Source of the DNA: an uncultured bacterium
GTDB lineage: Bacteria; Oederibacteriota; JAAXVQ01; JAUVAV01
Assembly (NCBI GenBank): GCA_963710755.1
Contig: CAVQBK010000001.1
Location: 96,001 to 160,000 of the forward strand
Direction: 5' to 3'
DNA length: 64,000 nt
Shown here: in pieces, positions 34,307 through 44,562 of the stretch
Layout: each line of letters opens with the position of its first letter
Position numbering within the stretch: the first letter of the stretch is position 1
Made by a program: the position numbers and the translations under genes
The notes under the pieces: model-generated
The model's database searches: none
What the model was told of the DNA's origin: nothing
Seen by the model: the letters and a program-made list of their open reading frames with translations, nothing else

Positions 34307-34735
34307 ATGCACGAGAAATCGTTGGTAGGACGTATAAAAGTTGAAAACAGGAAATTTCCCAGACTGCATTTGGAACTCAAGGTACAGTATGCTCCTCTAA
34401 AGCCCGGGGAGCTGCCTCAGCCGTCTAAAAGTACGGTTAAGGACCTCGGTGCCGGCGGCATGGCCATGACAACCAAAACCCCTTTGGAAATCGACCAGCT
34501 CCTAACGTTGATTTTATATTTGCCACCGCTCAACCCGGACCGCAATGCACACTTGGTGGCAAGATATGATCGTCATGAATGTGAACCTGTGGTACTATGC
34601 GCGCGTGTACTTTGGGTGAAAGAAGATCCTTCCGGAAGATATGTGAGCGGACTGTCATTTTATGATATTGACTCTAAAAATAAAAAAAGGCTGAAACATT
34701 TTTTAGTGGATTTTGAATTGGACCAAATATTCTGA
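34307..34735 (+). CDS. PilZ domain protein
   Basis: RKFPR (RxxxR) and DLGAGG (D/NxSxxG-like). Confidence 0.85.
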   Translation: MHEKSLVGRIKVENRKFPRLHLELKVQYAPLKPGELPQPSKSTVKDLGAGGMAMTTKTPLEIDQLLTLILYLPPLNPDRNAHLVARYDRHECEPVVLCARVLWVKEDPSGRYVSGLSFYDIDSKNKKRLKHFLVDFELDQIF

Positions 34736-34784
34736 ATTATACAATTAGCCTCGCTGGCTACAGACCCCTAAGGACCTAATACTA

Positions 34785-35414
34785 ATGACCATACCGGAGC
34801 ACAACGGGAATTACCGTGCCCTTTCTTATTATTCCGCTGAACGGCTGGGACAATATTATCATCAAATCAAAACCGTGGAAAAAATAGCGCCTAAAAATAT
34901 TTTGGAGATAGGCGTTGGCCCTGGAGTTGTGACCCACATACTGCGTCAAGCCGGCTACAAGGTAACGACCTGCGATGTCAATCAAGAGCTTAAACCGGAT
35001 ATTGTAGCTGATTTAATCAACTTACCCCTCAAGGACAATGCGATGGACATGGTCCTTTGTTGTCAGGTTTTGGAACACCTTCCTTTGTCATCTTTCCCCA
35101 GCGCCTTAATCGAGTTAAGAAGGGTCTGCCGCCTGGCCATACTAATTTCCGTCCCCTATGCCGGACATGCCTTTTTTAACCTGCATAAGTATCCGGGTGG
35201 ACGTAAACGCTCCTGGGTATTGCATGTGCCGCGATGGTTTAGAAAGGCGCCTATGGATCGGGAACATTGCTGGGAAGTGAGCATGCCAGGATGTTCTGTT
35301 AAACAACTTAAAAACCTTATAAGCCAATCGGGCTTAAATTTGCAAAAATTATTTACACCGGCGGAATCACCAAATAATTATTACTTTTTACTTACAAAGG
35401 AAAAATTATTATGA
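34785..35414 (+). CDS. Class I SAM-dependent methyltransferase (type 11)
   Basis: ILEIGVGPG, CCQVLEHL. Confidence 0.88.
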   Translation: MTIPEHNGNYRALSYYSAERLGQYYHQIKTVEKIAPKNILEIGVGPGVVTHILRQAGYKVTTCDVNQELKPDIVADLINLPLKDNAMDMVLCCQVLEHLPLSSFPSALIELRRVCRLAILISVPYAGHAFFNLHKYPGGRKRSWVLHVPRWFRKAPMDREHCWEVSMPGCSVKQLKNLISQSGLNLQKLFTPAESPNNYYFLLTKEKLL

Positions 35415-36244
35415 TATCCATTATCTCCATGGGTTTCAATCAACGCCATTATACGGAAATGTTTTTAAAAAGTCTGAGTGATCCCAATTGTGCGGATATG
35501 CCTTTTGAATTGGTTTTTATTGATAATGGGTCCGACGATGGCTCGGCGGAATTGATCAAACAATACGACTTGAAAAAAAATCCTAATTTTATAAATCTTA
35601 TTTATTTTGCTTTTGAAACTAACCAGGGCGTGGCAGCGGCCATCAATAAGGCTGTTGACTTGGCCAAACGGGAAATCATACTGCAGGCTGATAATGACGT
35701 TATTTTTGGACCGGGTAGCCTATCTGTTCTGAACCATTGGCGCAAGCTGGACCCAACAGCAGTAATATCGCCCAATTGGCCATGGATCCAAAAAAAACTG
35801 GGTACATCTTTTTTCAAAAGTCCGCAAGACCTTGGGCCGCATAAACTCAAGCAACTACGACGGGTGGGCATGCATGCTCCGTTGGAGCGTTTCCGAGCTA
35901 CTGGTTCCTGTTGGATGGCCACTAAAAATCTTTTTGACCAAATTGGAGGCTGGGATACGGGCTATAAAAATATTTGTGCTTCTGATGATTTTTTGATGAA
36001 AGTGGCTATTTCAGGAGTACAACGCATGACGGTTCCTTGTCCAGTTTACCATCCGGGAAAAGTGACCAGAACCACCATTGCTAAAAATGGAGAACAACAA
36101 CAGCGAGATATGAAACGTTTTCAAGAAAAATGGGGCGGCCACCCAGAGGATAAAGGGTTATTTAGGCAACAGCAAATTAAAGCCGGTGTGGCCCCTGATC
36201 CGATCCTAAAAACGAACTTTTGGCAACGAATTTTTAAACGATAA
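35411..36244 (+). CDS. Glycosyltransferase family 2
   Basis: IDNGSDDG, NQGVAAAIN, DND, IGGWD. Confidence 0.88.
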   Translation: MISIISMGFNQRHYTEMFLKSLSDPNCADMPFELVFIDNGSDDGSAELIKQYDLKKNPNFINLIYFAFETNQGVAAAINKAVDLAKREIILQADNDVIFGPGSLSVLNHWRKLDPTAVISPNWPWIQKKLGTSFFKSPQDLGPHKLKQLRRVGMHAPLERFRATGSCWMATKNLFDQIGGWDTGYKNICASDDFLMKVAISGVQRMTVPCPVYHPGKVTRTTIAKNGEQQQRDMKRFQEKWGGHPEDKGLFRQQQIKAGVAPDPILKTNFWQRIFKR

Positions 36245-36339
36245 TTAGGCCTTTGATTTTTTGACTAGACTATATACACTAACTGGTCGTGATGGCCAGT
36301 TGATCAAATCATCACTTTATAACGCTGACGGAGCAATGC

Positions 36340-37125
36340 ATGAAAACCATTCTTTTTTACTATACGGGCACGGGTAATTCCCTATGGATAAGCCGGCAAC
36401 TGGGCGATATTATTCGCAGCGACGTATCCATATATGCCATGAAAAATTGGCAAAGCAAGGCTGTGCCTCAGGATATGGATGCAGTAGGTTTGGTATTTCC
36501 GGTTCATATTTGGGGACTGCCCCAAGCGGTAATTGATTTTGTGAACCAATTACCCGTTGACAGCTCAACCTATAATTTTGCCTTGGCGGTTAATGGCGGT
36601 CAAGTGGCGGCGACCCTGGTGCAACTGCAAAAGCTAATGAAAAAGAGAGGGCTGAATTTGGATGCTGGCTTTGATTTGACCATGCCCAGCAATTACATTC
36701 CCTGGGGAGGTCCCGGTTCTGGAGAAGAAATTGAAAAACGGTATAAGAATGCCAGAGGTAAATTAGCCGAGATTGCTTATACGGTTGAGAAAAAGTATCC
36801 TATGGAAGTCGAGAAGGGGCCGCTATGGCAGAGAACGATCTTTTCCTTGCTTTACAAACTTTCTTTTAAAAATATACGGTTCATGGATAAGGGTTTTTGG
36901 GTGGATGACAAATGTACTCAATGCGGCCTATGCGAAAAGGTTTGTCCTACTCACAACATCAAAATGAACAAAGTGCCCCAATGGCAGCATCAATGCGAAC
37001 AATGCCTGGCCTGCATCCAGTGGTGTCCTGTTAAAGCTATTCAATACGGCAAGAAAACCCCGCAGCTTGAACGCTACCATCATCCGGAAGTCACCATCAC
37101 CGATATCATCAATAGCCATCCTTGA
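36340..37125 (+). CDS. EFR1-family flavodoxin-like / 2x[4Fe-4S] ferredoxin
   Basis: YTGTGNS, MPSNY, CTQCGLCEKVCP, CEQCLACIQWCP. Confidence 0.9.
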   Translation: MKTILFYYTGTGNSLWISRQLGDIIRSDVSIYAMKNWQSKAVPQDMDAVGLVFPVHIWGLPQAVIDFVNQLPVDSSTYNFALAVNGGQVAATLVQLQKLMKKRGLNLDAGFDLTMPSNYIPWGGPGSGEEIEKRYKNARGKLAEIAYTVEKKYPMEVEKGPLWQRTIFSLLYKLSFKNIRFMDKGFWVDDKCTQCGLCEKVCPTHNIKMNKVPQWQHQCEQCLACIQWCPVKAIQYGKKTPQLERYHHPEVTITDIINSHP

Positions 37126-37192
37126 GTGGCTTTGGCTTTCTTAGCTGGTTGCTGCTGCTGAAAAGCTGTTGTATCCCTGATCGCTCAACGCC

Positions 37193-37222
37193 GTAGGGAA
37201 CAGGCAGGGCTGTTCCTTATAC
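37193..37222. repeat. GTAG-type REP-like palindrome between convergent genes
   Basis: GTAG-GGAACAG-gcaggg-CTGTTCC-ttatac. Confidence 0.55.
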
Positions 37223-37295
37223 ATGCCGATTTTTCAATACCCCTCAATGCAACCCGCGGATTCGTTGGGATGAAATAGCTTTGGCGCATCCGCAA

Positions 37296-38990
37296 CTATT
37301 TATCCTTTAATTTAGCCCAACTATCTTTTAGAGTCACCGTGCGATTGAAAACCAGACAAGAAGGTGTCGAGGTTTTATCGGGATAAAAGTAACCATGCCT
37401 GAGAAATTGATAATAGTGGTGGGCTACTATATCTCCCAAGGAAGGCTCCACCTTGCATCCCCTAAGCACCGTCAAGGAGGCAGGATTGAGATTGCTCTTG
37501 AAATCCTTGCCTTCCGGGGCTTTTTCCGGATTGGGAGTCAGAAACAGACGGTCATAGAGCCTAACCTCAGCTTCCAGTGCGTGCTGGCAGGAAACCCAAT
37601 GCAAGGTACCTTTGACTTTGCGTCCGTCGGGCGTTCCGCCGCCACGGGACTGGGGATCATAAGAACAATGCAGCTCCACCACCTCGCCTTGTTCGTTTTT
37701 AAGGACATTGTCACAAGTGACATAATAGGCATGCTTAAGCCGGACTTCGCGGCCTGGAGCCAGGCGAAACCATTTTTTAGGCGGATCTTCCATAAAATCA
37801 TTTCGCTCGATGAACAATTCTTTGCTAAATGGAATCATGCGGGTTCCATCGCTTGGATTTTCCGGATTATTGTCAGCAGTCAGATCTTCTACCTGGCCGT
37901 CCGGATAATTGGTAATCACAATTTTTAAGGGATTAAGTACGGCCATGACGCGCTGCGCTCTTTGATTGAGGTCTTCGCGAAGATGGTATTCCAGGTTCTC
38001 AATGTCAATGGTGCTGTTGGTTTTATCCACACCAATAGCCTCACAGAAGGCCCGAATGGCTTCAGGTGAGTACCCCCGGCGCCGCAAACCGGAAATGGTG
38101 GGCATGCGCGGATCATCCCATCCATTGACATCATGGTCTTTGACCAGTTGCAACAATTTGCGTTTGCTCATCACCGTATAGGTAAGATTCAGACGGGCAA
38201 ATTCAATCTGCTGGGGATGGCTGGGCGTGCTGATATTCTCCAGCACCCAATCGTAAAGGGGACGATGATCCTCGAATTCCAATGTGCAGATGGAATGAGT
38301 GATATTTTCGATGGCATCGGAAATGCAGTGAGCAAAATCATACATAGGATAGATACACCATTTATTGCCGGTCCGGGGATGGGTGGCTTTTCTAATACGG
38401 TAAAGAGCCGGATCACGCATGTTCATATTGGGGGAGGCCATGTCGATTTTGGCCCGAAGTACGCAAGCCCCTTCATCATAATCGCCATTCTTCATTTTAT
38501 CGAAATCACGAAGATTCTCTTCCGGGCTACGGTCGCGATAAGGACTGTTTTTACCCTTTTCTGTCAAGGTGCCGCGGTATTGGCGGATTTCATCGGCGGA
38601 CAAATGGCAAACATAAGCCAAACCTTTTTGGATGAGTTCTTTGGCATACTCAAAAAAGCGGTCGTAATAATCAGAGGCATAGTAGAGATGGTGCTGCCAG
38701 TCGAAACCCAGCCATTGGACATCTTCTTGGATGGATTGAATGTACTCGTTTTCCTCTTTTTCGGGGTTGGTATCATCAAAGCGTAAATGACATGCCCCGT
38801 TATAGTCCCGGGCAATACCGAAGTTCAAATTGATGGATTTGGCATGCCCGATGTGAAGGTAACCGTTGGGTTCCGGAGGAAAGCGCGTTTCCACCCGGCC
38901 GTTATGTTTATTGGTCTCGAGATCGTGGTTAATGATTTTGCGAATGAAATCAAGGGATTTTTTTTCTGATGGTTCCAAAGCGTCGGACAT
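37296..38990 (-). CDS. glnS: Glutamine--tRNA ligase
   Basis: [34 protein letters not shown]. Confidence 0.98.
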   Translation of the reverse strand: MSDALEPSEKKSLDFIRKIINHDLETNKHNGRVETRFPPEPNGYLHIGHAKSINLNFGIARDYNGACHLRFDDTNPEKEENEYIQSIQEDVQWLGFDWQHHLYYASDYYDRFFEYAKELIQKGLAYVCHLSADEIRQYRGTLTEKGKNSPYRDRSPEENLRDFDKMKNGDYDEGACVLRAKIDMASPNMNMRDPALYRIRKATHPRTGNKWCIYPMYDFAHCISDAIENITHSICTLEFEDHRPLYDWVLENISTPSHPQQIEFARLNLTYTVMSKRKLLQLVKDHDVNGWDDPRMPTISGLRRRGYSPEAIRAFCEAIGVDKTNSTIDIENLEYHLREDLNQRAQRVMAVLNPLKIVITNYPDGQVEDLTADNNPENPSDGTRMIPFSKELFIERNDFMEDPPKKWFRLAPGREVRLKHAYYVTCDNVLKNEQGEVVELHCSYDPQSRGGGTPDGRKVKGTLHWVSCQHALEAEVRLYDRLFLTPNPEKAPEGKDFKSNLNPASLTVLRGCKVEPSLGDIVAHHYYQFLRHGYFYPDKTSTPSCLVFNRTVTLKDSWAKLKDK

Positions 38991-39160
38991 GAACGTAACC
39001 TCTTTATTAGAATGCCATGATTGTACAAGGTGGCAGTATTATATGGATTTTCAATTCCAATGTAAAGAAATAGGATGCGTGCTCTAAGTCATTGCGGATT
39101 GGCGATGGCTCGGGTACAATGTCCTCCTGATGATATCGCGTTTGTCGGAAAGGAGCATAA

Positions 39161-40225
39161 ATGACCAGTCAAGTCTATTTTTCTCCCATGGCCAATCAGA
39201 AAACCCAATCGCCCTTGCTTAAAATCCAACGGCTTCTGGACGCTTGTGGTGTACGCGGCAAGTTTTCCGCCCGCCAACTTATCGCAGTGAAAACTCATTT
39301 TGGAGAATGGGGCAACACGGCTTTTTTACGTCCTATTTATTTCAGACCTGTGTTGGAGGTGTTAAAAAACATGGACACCAGACCGTTTTTAACCGATACC
39401 AATACAGTCTATGTGGGTATGCGTACCAATAGTGTAGATCACCTGCATAATGCCAACCTTAACGGCTTTAATTACAGCACCTTGCAGGTACCGGTGATTA
39501 TAGCCGATGGGCTGCGTGGAGAAAACATCGTGGAAATGGAAACAGGACTGCCCCTGGTACCGCGGGCCAAACTGGCCGCTGAGATCGTGCGTGCCGACGG
39601 CATGATCGTGGTATCTCATTTTAAGGGCCATGAAGTTTCCGGGTTTGGCGGGGCTATTAAAAATTTATCCATGGGGTGTGCCGCCCGGGCAGGGAAACTG
39701 GAAATGCATTCCAGTGCCAAACCCTATGTGAACCAGGATCAGTGCACAACCTGCGGTCTTTGTGCTTCCCATTGTGGTTCACAGGCAATTACTCTTGATC
39801 CCAAAGCTGAAATAACAGAGGATTGTGTGGGGTGTGCCCGTTGCATAGCCGTCTGCCCGGAACAAGCCATAAAAATTGATTGGAATGAATCGAGCGAGCA
39901 GACCATGAAAAAAATGGTGGCTTATGCCATGGCCACCTATAAGGCGCTCAAAGGAAATATTCTGTTTGTAAATATTATGACCTCCATCAGCCCGGCCTGC
40001 GACTGTTACCCCGGCAATAGTGAACCCATTACTCACGATATTGGCTTTGCCGCCTCCGGCGATCCGGTGGCATTGGACAAAGCCTGCTGGGATTTGGTGT
40101 GTCGGCAGATGGGGCACGAACCATTTCATGAAATATACAATTACCTCGATCCATCCATCCAGTTTAATTATGCGCACTCCATTGGTTTTGGTTCGTCGGA
40201 TTATGACCTGACAACACTGGAATAA
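39161..40225 (+). CDS. DUF362 domain Fe-S protein
   Basis: KTHFGE, SHFKGH, FGGAIKNL.MG, two CxxCxxCxxxC motifs, CDC, DPVALD. Confidence 0.9.
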   Translation: MTSQVYFSPMANQKTQSPLLKIQRLLDACGVRGKFSARQLIAVKTHFGEWGNTAFLRPIYFRPVLEVLKNMDTRPFLTDTNTVYVGMRTNSVDHLHNANLNGFNYSTLQVPVIIADGLRGENIVEMETGLPLVPRAKLAAEIVRADGMIVVSHFKGHEVSGFGGAIKNLSMGCAARAGKLEMHSSAKPYVNQDQCTTCGLCASHCGSQAITLDPKAEITEDCVGCARCIAVCPEQAIKIDWNESSEQTMKKMVAYAMATYKALKGNILFVNIMTSISPACDCYPGNSEPITHDIGFAASGDPVALDKACWDLVCRQMGHEPFHEIYNYLDPSIQFNYAHSIGFGSSDYDLTTLE

Positions 40226-40291
40226 ATAACCTGAAATTGTAAGGCTTTTAATGCTGAGGCCAAAACCGATTTGAAAACAGGTCACAACCGC

Positions 40292-40318
40292 TTAGTTTCC
40301 AAGTGTATCCGCCGATAA
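40292..40318 (+). promoter_or_regulatory. Candidate sigma28-type promoter
   Basis: TTAG-N15-GCCGATAA, with an exact -10 element. Confidence 0.4.
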
Positions 40319-40324
40319 TAGGAT

Positions 40325-41194
40325 ATGAGCCAATCGAAACCTCAGGATGCCATGGAACCGATTAAACCGTCTGACATACTAAGTCTACCGCCACTGCCCA
40401 TCTCGGTGGTCCAATTGTCTAAAATGGTGGCCGATCCCACAGTAGATATTAAGGCGTATAAAAAAGTTATCGAGATGGATCCGGTGCTCACGGCCAGTGT
40501 GCTTCGCTGGGCCAATTCCTCCTGGAGCCAAAGCCAGGTGGCTATCACTACGGTGGAGCAGGCTGCTACCCGGTTGGGTGCGGATAATATACTGCAATTG
40601 GCCTTGGGTGTGCATATGATGGCCACCATGCGCAAACTATTGGGTAAGATAGATTTAAGTGAAAACCAACTTTGGCGCCATAGTATGGTCACCGCCCTGG
40701 CCACCCGAGTTATAACCTCCTATTTGAAATGGGACATACCCGGGGGCGCCTTCTCCGCCGCTGTAATTCACGATATTGGCAAGATTCTTATAGCCCGCCA
40801 TCTGACCTTCGATGAAACCAATAATCTTATCGATAAAACAGCTCAGGAAGAAGGATATACCTATCTGGAGGCTGAGGAAAAAGTAATGAGGACCAATCAT
40901 GTGAAACTGGGCATAGACATCGCCATGCATTGGAAATTACCTGATGACTTGGTGGAGACCATTGCACACCATCATGAATTCACAGAAAAAAACACGCCGA
41001 TTTTAAAAACTGTACAACTGGCTAACGCTCTGGTGACCAGAATTGGGCTAAGTGCAGGAACCACCCAAAAAGATCAGCAGGAACAAGAGCGTTTTATCAA
41101 TCTGCTTAATATCAACCCACTTTTACAAACAACCCTTAGGGAAGAAATTCAAAGTACTTTCCAGAAAGCGGTTGAAGAAAATGGGTTGTTTTAA
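40325..41194 (+). CDS. HDOD domain protein
   Basis: LPPLP, DPVLTASVLRWANS, LWRHS, IHDIGK, WKLP...IAHHH. Confidence 0.92.
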   Translation: MSQSKPQDAMEPIKPSDILSLPPLPISVVQLSKMVADPTVDIKAYKKVIEMDPVLTASVLRWANSSWSQSQVAITTVEQAATRLGADNILQLALGVHMMATMRKLLGKIDLSENQLWRHSMVTALATRVITSYLKWDIPGGAFSAAVIHDIGKILIARHLTFDETNNLIDKTAQEEGYTYLEAEEKVMRTNHVKLGIDIAMHWKLPDDLVETIAHHHEFTEKNTPILKTVQLANALVTRIGLSAGTTQKDQQEQERFINLLNINPLLQTTLREEIQSTFQKAVEENGLF

Positions 41195-41360
41195 TGCAAT
41201 CCTATTTGCGCATGGAGGTGTCGCGATCATCCCCGATTAAGGTTTCCTAATCCAGGTTGTTTTAAGCCGGGATGAAGCGAAGATGTAGTAACAAAGATTA
41301 ACTTGATCATTTTGATTTTTTGGTCTATGGTGATGGTGATTCACAGGGGAGGCCAAAGAT

Positions 41361-41922
41361 TATGGTCAACCGGACACTCACTATTCCCATACCTCAAGGA
41401 TCGTCCATCATTATTCGGGAATGGCTTACCTCGGATATTGAACAGTTGCCAGCGATTGCCAATAACCGCCACATCTGGCTCAACTTAAAAGACATCTTTC
41501 CTTATCCCTATACACACAAACACGCAACCCTTTGGGTCCGAATGTGTACTCGTCAGGAACCTAAATGCTGGTTTGCCATCGCTGATGGTGATACCCTTTT
41601 AGGCAGTATTGGTATAGAACCTAAAAAAGATATTTATAGTATTAATGGCGAAATCGGCTATTGGTTGGGGGAACCTTACTGGGGAAAAGGGATTGCTACA
41701 GCGGCGGTAGAAGGCTTTACGGACTATGTTTTTGATCAGTTTCCAAATCTGCATCGTGTCTATGGCAGCGTGTTTGAGTACAACTATGCTTCGCAAAAGG
41801 TACTACAAAAAGCCGGGTTTCAGTGGGAATGCACATTGAAAAAGAGCATTGTGAAGGACGGGGCTGTGCATGATGAACTGATTTATGCCAAATGGCGAAA
41901 ACATAACCACACCACTTATTAA
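41361..41922 (+). CDS. RimJ/RimL-type GNAT acetyltransferase
   Basis: PYPYT, EIGYWLGEPYWGKGI, NYASQKVLQKAGF. Start uncertain (41320-41361). Confidence 0.88.
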
Positions 41923-41975
41923 AACTATCGTCACACAACACTAATTTAGGTCGATTAGAATTTAAATGCCTGCTG

Positions 41976-42386
41976 ATGGAACGAAAGGAGTGGAGGATCA
42001 TGCTGACGGAAAAGCAACTGGCACCCAAAATGGTGGGGCTTTTAAGCTTGTTTAAAGAATTTTATGATGGTCATGAAGTGGCGCGGGAAGACTTACCTGC
42101 TTTACAAACGGCCATAATCACCAAGCTACGCGCCCGGCGATGGCTTGTAGAAACCGCCGATTGTCCTTCCATGGCCAACCATTTTAATTTGTTGACCAGC
42201 TACGGTCTGCCTGACTTGATTATCGACAAAACCATTACCCTTTCTCTAAGACACCAAAGCAAAGTACGCTGCCAATTGGATCTCAATTACATTAAGGATT
42301 ATGTTCGTGCCAAAGGGTTGGACTACGGTGTGCTCTTGAATTTTAATGTTACCCACAAGGATGAAGGCATTTACATTGTTAAATGA
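41976..42386 (+). CDS. Hypothetical protein, degenerate GxxExxY-like
   Basis: PDLIIDK and GVLLNFN resemble the GxxExxY family, but the signature motif is absent. Confidence 0.5.
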   Translation: MERKEWRIMLTEKQLAPKMVGLLSLFKEFYDGHEVAREDLPALQTAIITKLRARRWLVETADCPSMANHFNLLTSYGLPDLIIDKTITLSLRHQSKVRCQLDLNYIKDYVRAKGLDYGVLLNFNVTHKDEGIYIVK

Positions 42387-42546
42387 CAACTTGGTGGACC
42401 GCCTGGACCGGCTTGCTATCTATGCCTATCATGATCACAGCGACACTTTGGCCACTATTCTGCAATGCCTAGGAGTCTGTCGGACTTAAAATCATTAAAA
42501 ACCTTATGTATGTTGCGTCTCCATTAATAACTGCACCTATATGCTT

Positions 42547-42584
42547 TTTCCCCCTTTTGCAAAGGGGGATACAGGGGGATTTGA
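42547..42584. repeat. Inner 38-bp hairpin repeat, left
   Basis: tttcccccttttgcaaagggggatacagggggatttga; inverted copy at 44323-44360 (36/38). Confidence 0.9.
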
Positions 42585-43948
42585 TTATACCTGAGATGAT
42601 TTCAGCCCGTGCAGCCGCTTCATGTTCCGAGCCAGACAGACCAAAGTCCATTCGCTGCTGACAGCTTGCAAACCTCGCAGCATGAACTGGCGAAAGCCCA
42701 TGGCAGATTTAATAATTCCAAATACCGGCTCAACCGTGCTTTTACGTCGGGCATACAGTTTTCGGCCAGCTGGCATTTGCAACCGCCTCTTCATTCTTTC
42801 CACCGCATCAGCACGTTCAGGCAACGGCGGTGGTCCTGAAAAACGTTTTTTTAGCGATGGGTAGTGTTGCTCCCGCCTGTTGGCAATATATGGTTTGATC
42901 CCCTTGGATTCGCAAAGTTTAACATTGCTTTGGCTAAAGTATCCGCTGTCTGCTACCAATGCTTTTGCCTTTCCCAGCTCTTCTGGAAGAGCGGTTAATT
43001 GCACAAGTGCAGGCTCAAGTTGTTCTTTATCATTGGTCGCTTGAGTAACATGCTCAGTGACTATCAACATCGTTTCCATGTCCACCCCGGCTTGCGCATT
43101 ATAAGCTTGTTCGAACCCGCCACCGGAAACAGGCATGATGCGCGACTCGCCGTCGGTCAGGTTAACCTGATCTTTTGCTTGTGGGCCTTTATCGCTTGGC
43201 GGTTGTGGTTCTGGACCGCGGGATTTTTGACCTCTTTTATTTTCACGCTCACGACGCTCGGTCAGCTTCTGTTCATACTCTTTTTGGGCTTGTTGGTCAC
43301 GTTCAACGGCTCGTTGCTTGATGGCTGCTTTGGCTTTGGCAATAGCAGCCAAGCGATCTTCGCGACGAGCCAGCTCATCGGGCAGGTTCATCCCGTCAGG
43401 CTGGTCGGCCTCATCGGCTGCTTCGGCCAGTTGCAATAGGCGATTCACTTCCGCCCGGAGTTGCTTCTCTATCTTGTTGGCATGTCCCCAGGAAAGGGCA
43501 CGATGTTTTGATGCATTCGCATGAACCTTGCTCCCGTCCAAACTGATTTTACCGAGCTTCAATAGTTTCATGTCCTGAGCCAGGACCAGGACTTGTACGA
43601 ATAATGATTCCAATTCGGGGAGAAATCGTTTGCGGAATTGGGCTATTGTATCATGATCGGGATGGGTGTTTGCCGCCAGATAACGAAAAGCTATCGAATC
43701 ATAAGTGCTGCGTTCCAGCTGACGGCTCGAGAATAGGCCCGTGGCATATCCATACACCAGCACAGCCAGCAACATTTCAGGATGATAGGCCGACGATCCC
43801 CGCCCCGCTATGATTCTTTTAACTTCGTCAAGTCAAGTTGGGCGACAATTTCCGTTACAAACCGCGCCAAATGATTGACTGGGAGCCAATCATTCAACGA
43901 TGGCGGCAGTAAAAAATCCGTATCACGATCGCAGGGAACAAAACTCAT
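42585..43948 (-). pseudogene. IS1182-family transposase, frameshifted near 43809
   Basis: ATG 43948 MSFVPCDRDTDFLLPPSLNDWLP... ends at TAG 43810-43808. The other frame continues AGRGSSAYHPEMLL...PDHDTI, LDGSK, YNAQ, ADSGY, RKSTVEPVFG. Confidence 0.9.
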
Positions 43949-44319
43949 AATGCCTCCCTGCTTTGCAGGCAAGCTTGAGCCAGGATTTGCTTCAAGACGC
44001 CTTCCGTGTTTATGAACACGTCGCGATCGGAAAAACGCAATGTCTGCAAGCCTTGCGTTTTCAAATAACGGTCACGTTCCGCATCGCGGAGGATTCCATC
44101 GTCGGTATAATGCTGACCGCCATCCAGTTCAATTACCAGGCTTGCTTTGGGACAGAAAAAATCCACGATGTAGTTGCCGATGATTTTTTGCCGATAGAAT
44201 TGCAAACCGCCAATTTGTTTTCCGCGAAGCCGTTTCCATAGATGTTTTTCAGCTTCGGTCATGTTATTCCTGAGAACCTGCGAGTTTCGTTTGAGGCCGC
44301 GATGGTAGGTTAAAATCAT
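43945..44319 (-). CDS. DUF559 / Vsr-like endonuclease domain protein
   Basis: LRNNMTEAEKHLW, QFYRQ, YIVDF, IELDGGQH, DAERD, LRF. Confidence 0.92.
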   Translation of the reverse strand: MILTYHRGLKRNSQVLRNNMTEAEKHLWKRLRGKQIGGLQFYRQKIIGNYIVDFFCPKASLVIELDGGQHYTDDGILRDAERDRYLKTQGLQTLRFSDRDVFINTEGVLKQILAQACLQSREAL

Positions 44320-44322
44320 TTA

Positions 44323-44360
44323 TCAAATCCCCCTTGATCCCCCTTTGCAAAAGGGGGAAA
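44323..44360. repeat. Inner 38-bp hairpin repeat, right
   Basis: tcaaatcccccttgatccccctttgcaaaagggggaaa. Confidence 0.9.
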
Positions 44361-44562
44361 CTTCGTTATTATACCATATCATCAAACGAAAAAGTCCGAC
44401 AGGCTCCTAGGCTGTGCAAACCAGGAAGCCTATTTGTCCGAAACGGCCAAACCTAATAGACCTAAACGTCCCTCGTCTTTGCCTGTCGTTGACTATACTA
44501 TTGATGCCGATTGGCTGTGATGGATAGACCTGTCTGGAAATCAACCAGTCAGGTCGCCATCA

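Larger units (their letters stand above)
42473..44406 (-). mobile_element. IS1182-family insertion sequence with DUF559 passenger; CTAG target duplication
   Basis: Terminal IRs GAGTCTGTCGGACTT (42473-42487) and AAGTCCGACAGGCTC (44392-44406), 14/15 match; CTAG at 42469-42472 and 44407-44410. Confidence 0.9.

Noticed and set aside
37395-38969. Plus-strand ORFs of 177 and 217 aa
   Set aside because: Antisense shadows of glnS with no motifs.
39101-39140. GGCGATGG...CTGATGA resembling a fluoride riboswitch
   Set aside because: It lacks the GTTCGCC pairing strand and is better explained as a sigma70 promoter spacer (TTGCGG-N17-TACAAT).
44527-44554. Hairpin gacctgtctgg/ccagtcaggtc after larC
   Set aside because: Single imperfect copy with no U-tract; most simply an ordinary terminator-like stem.
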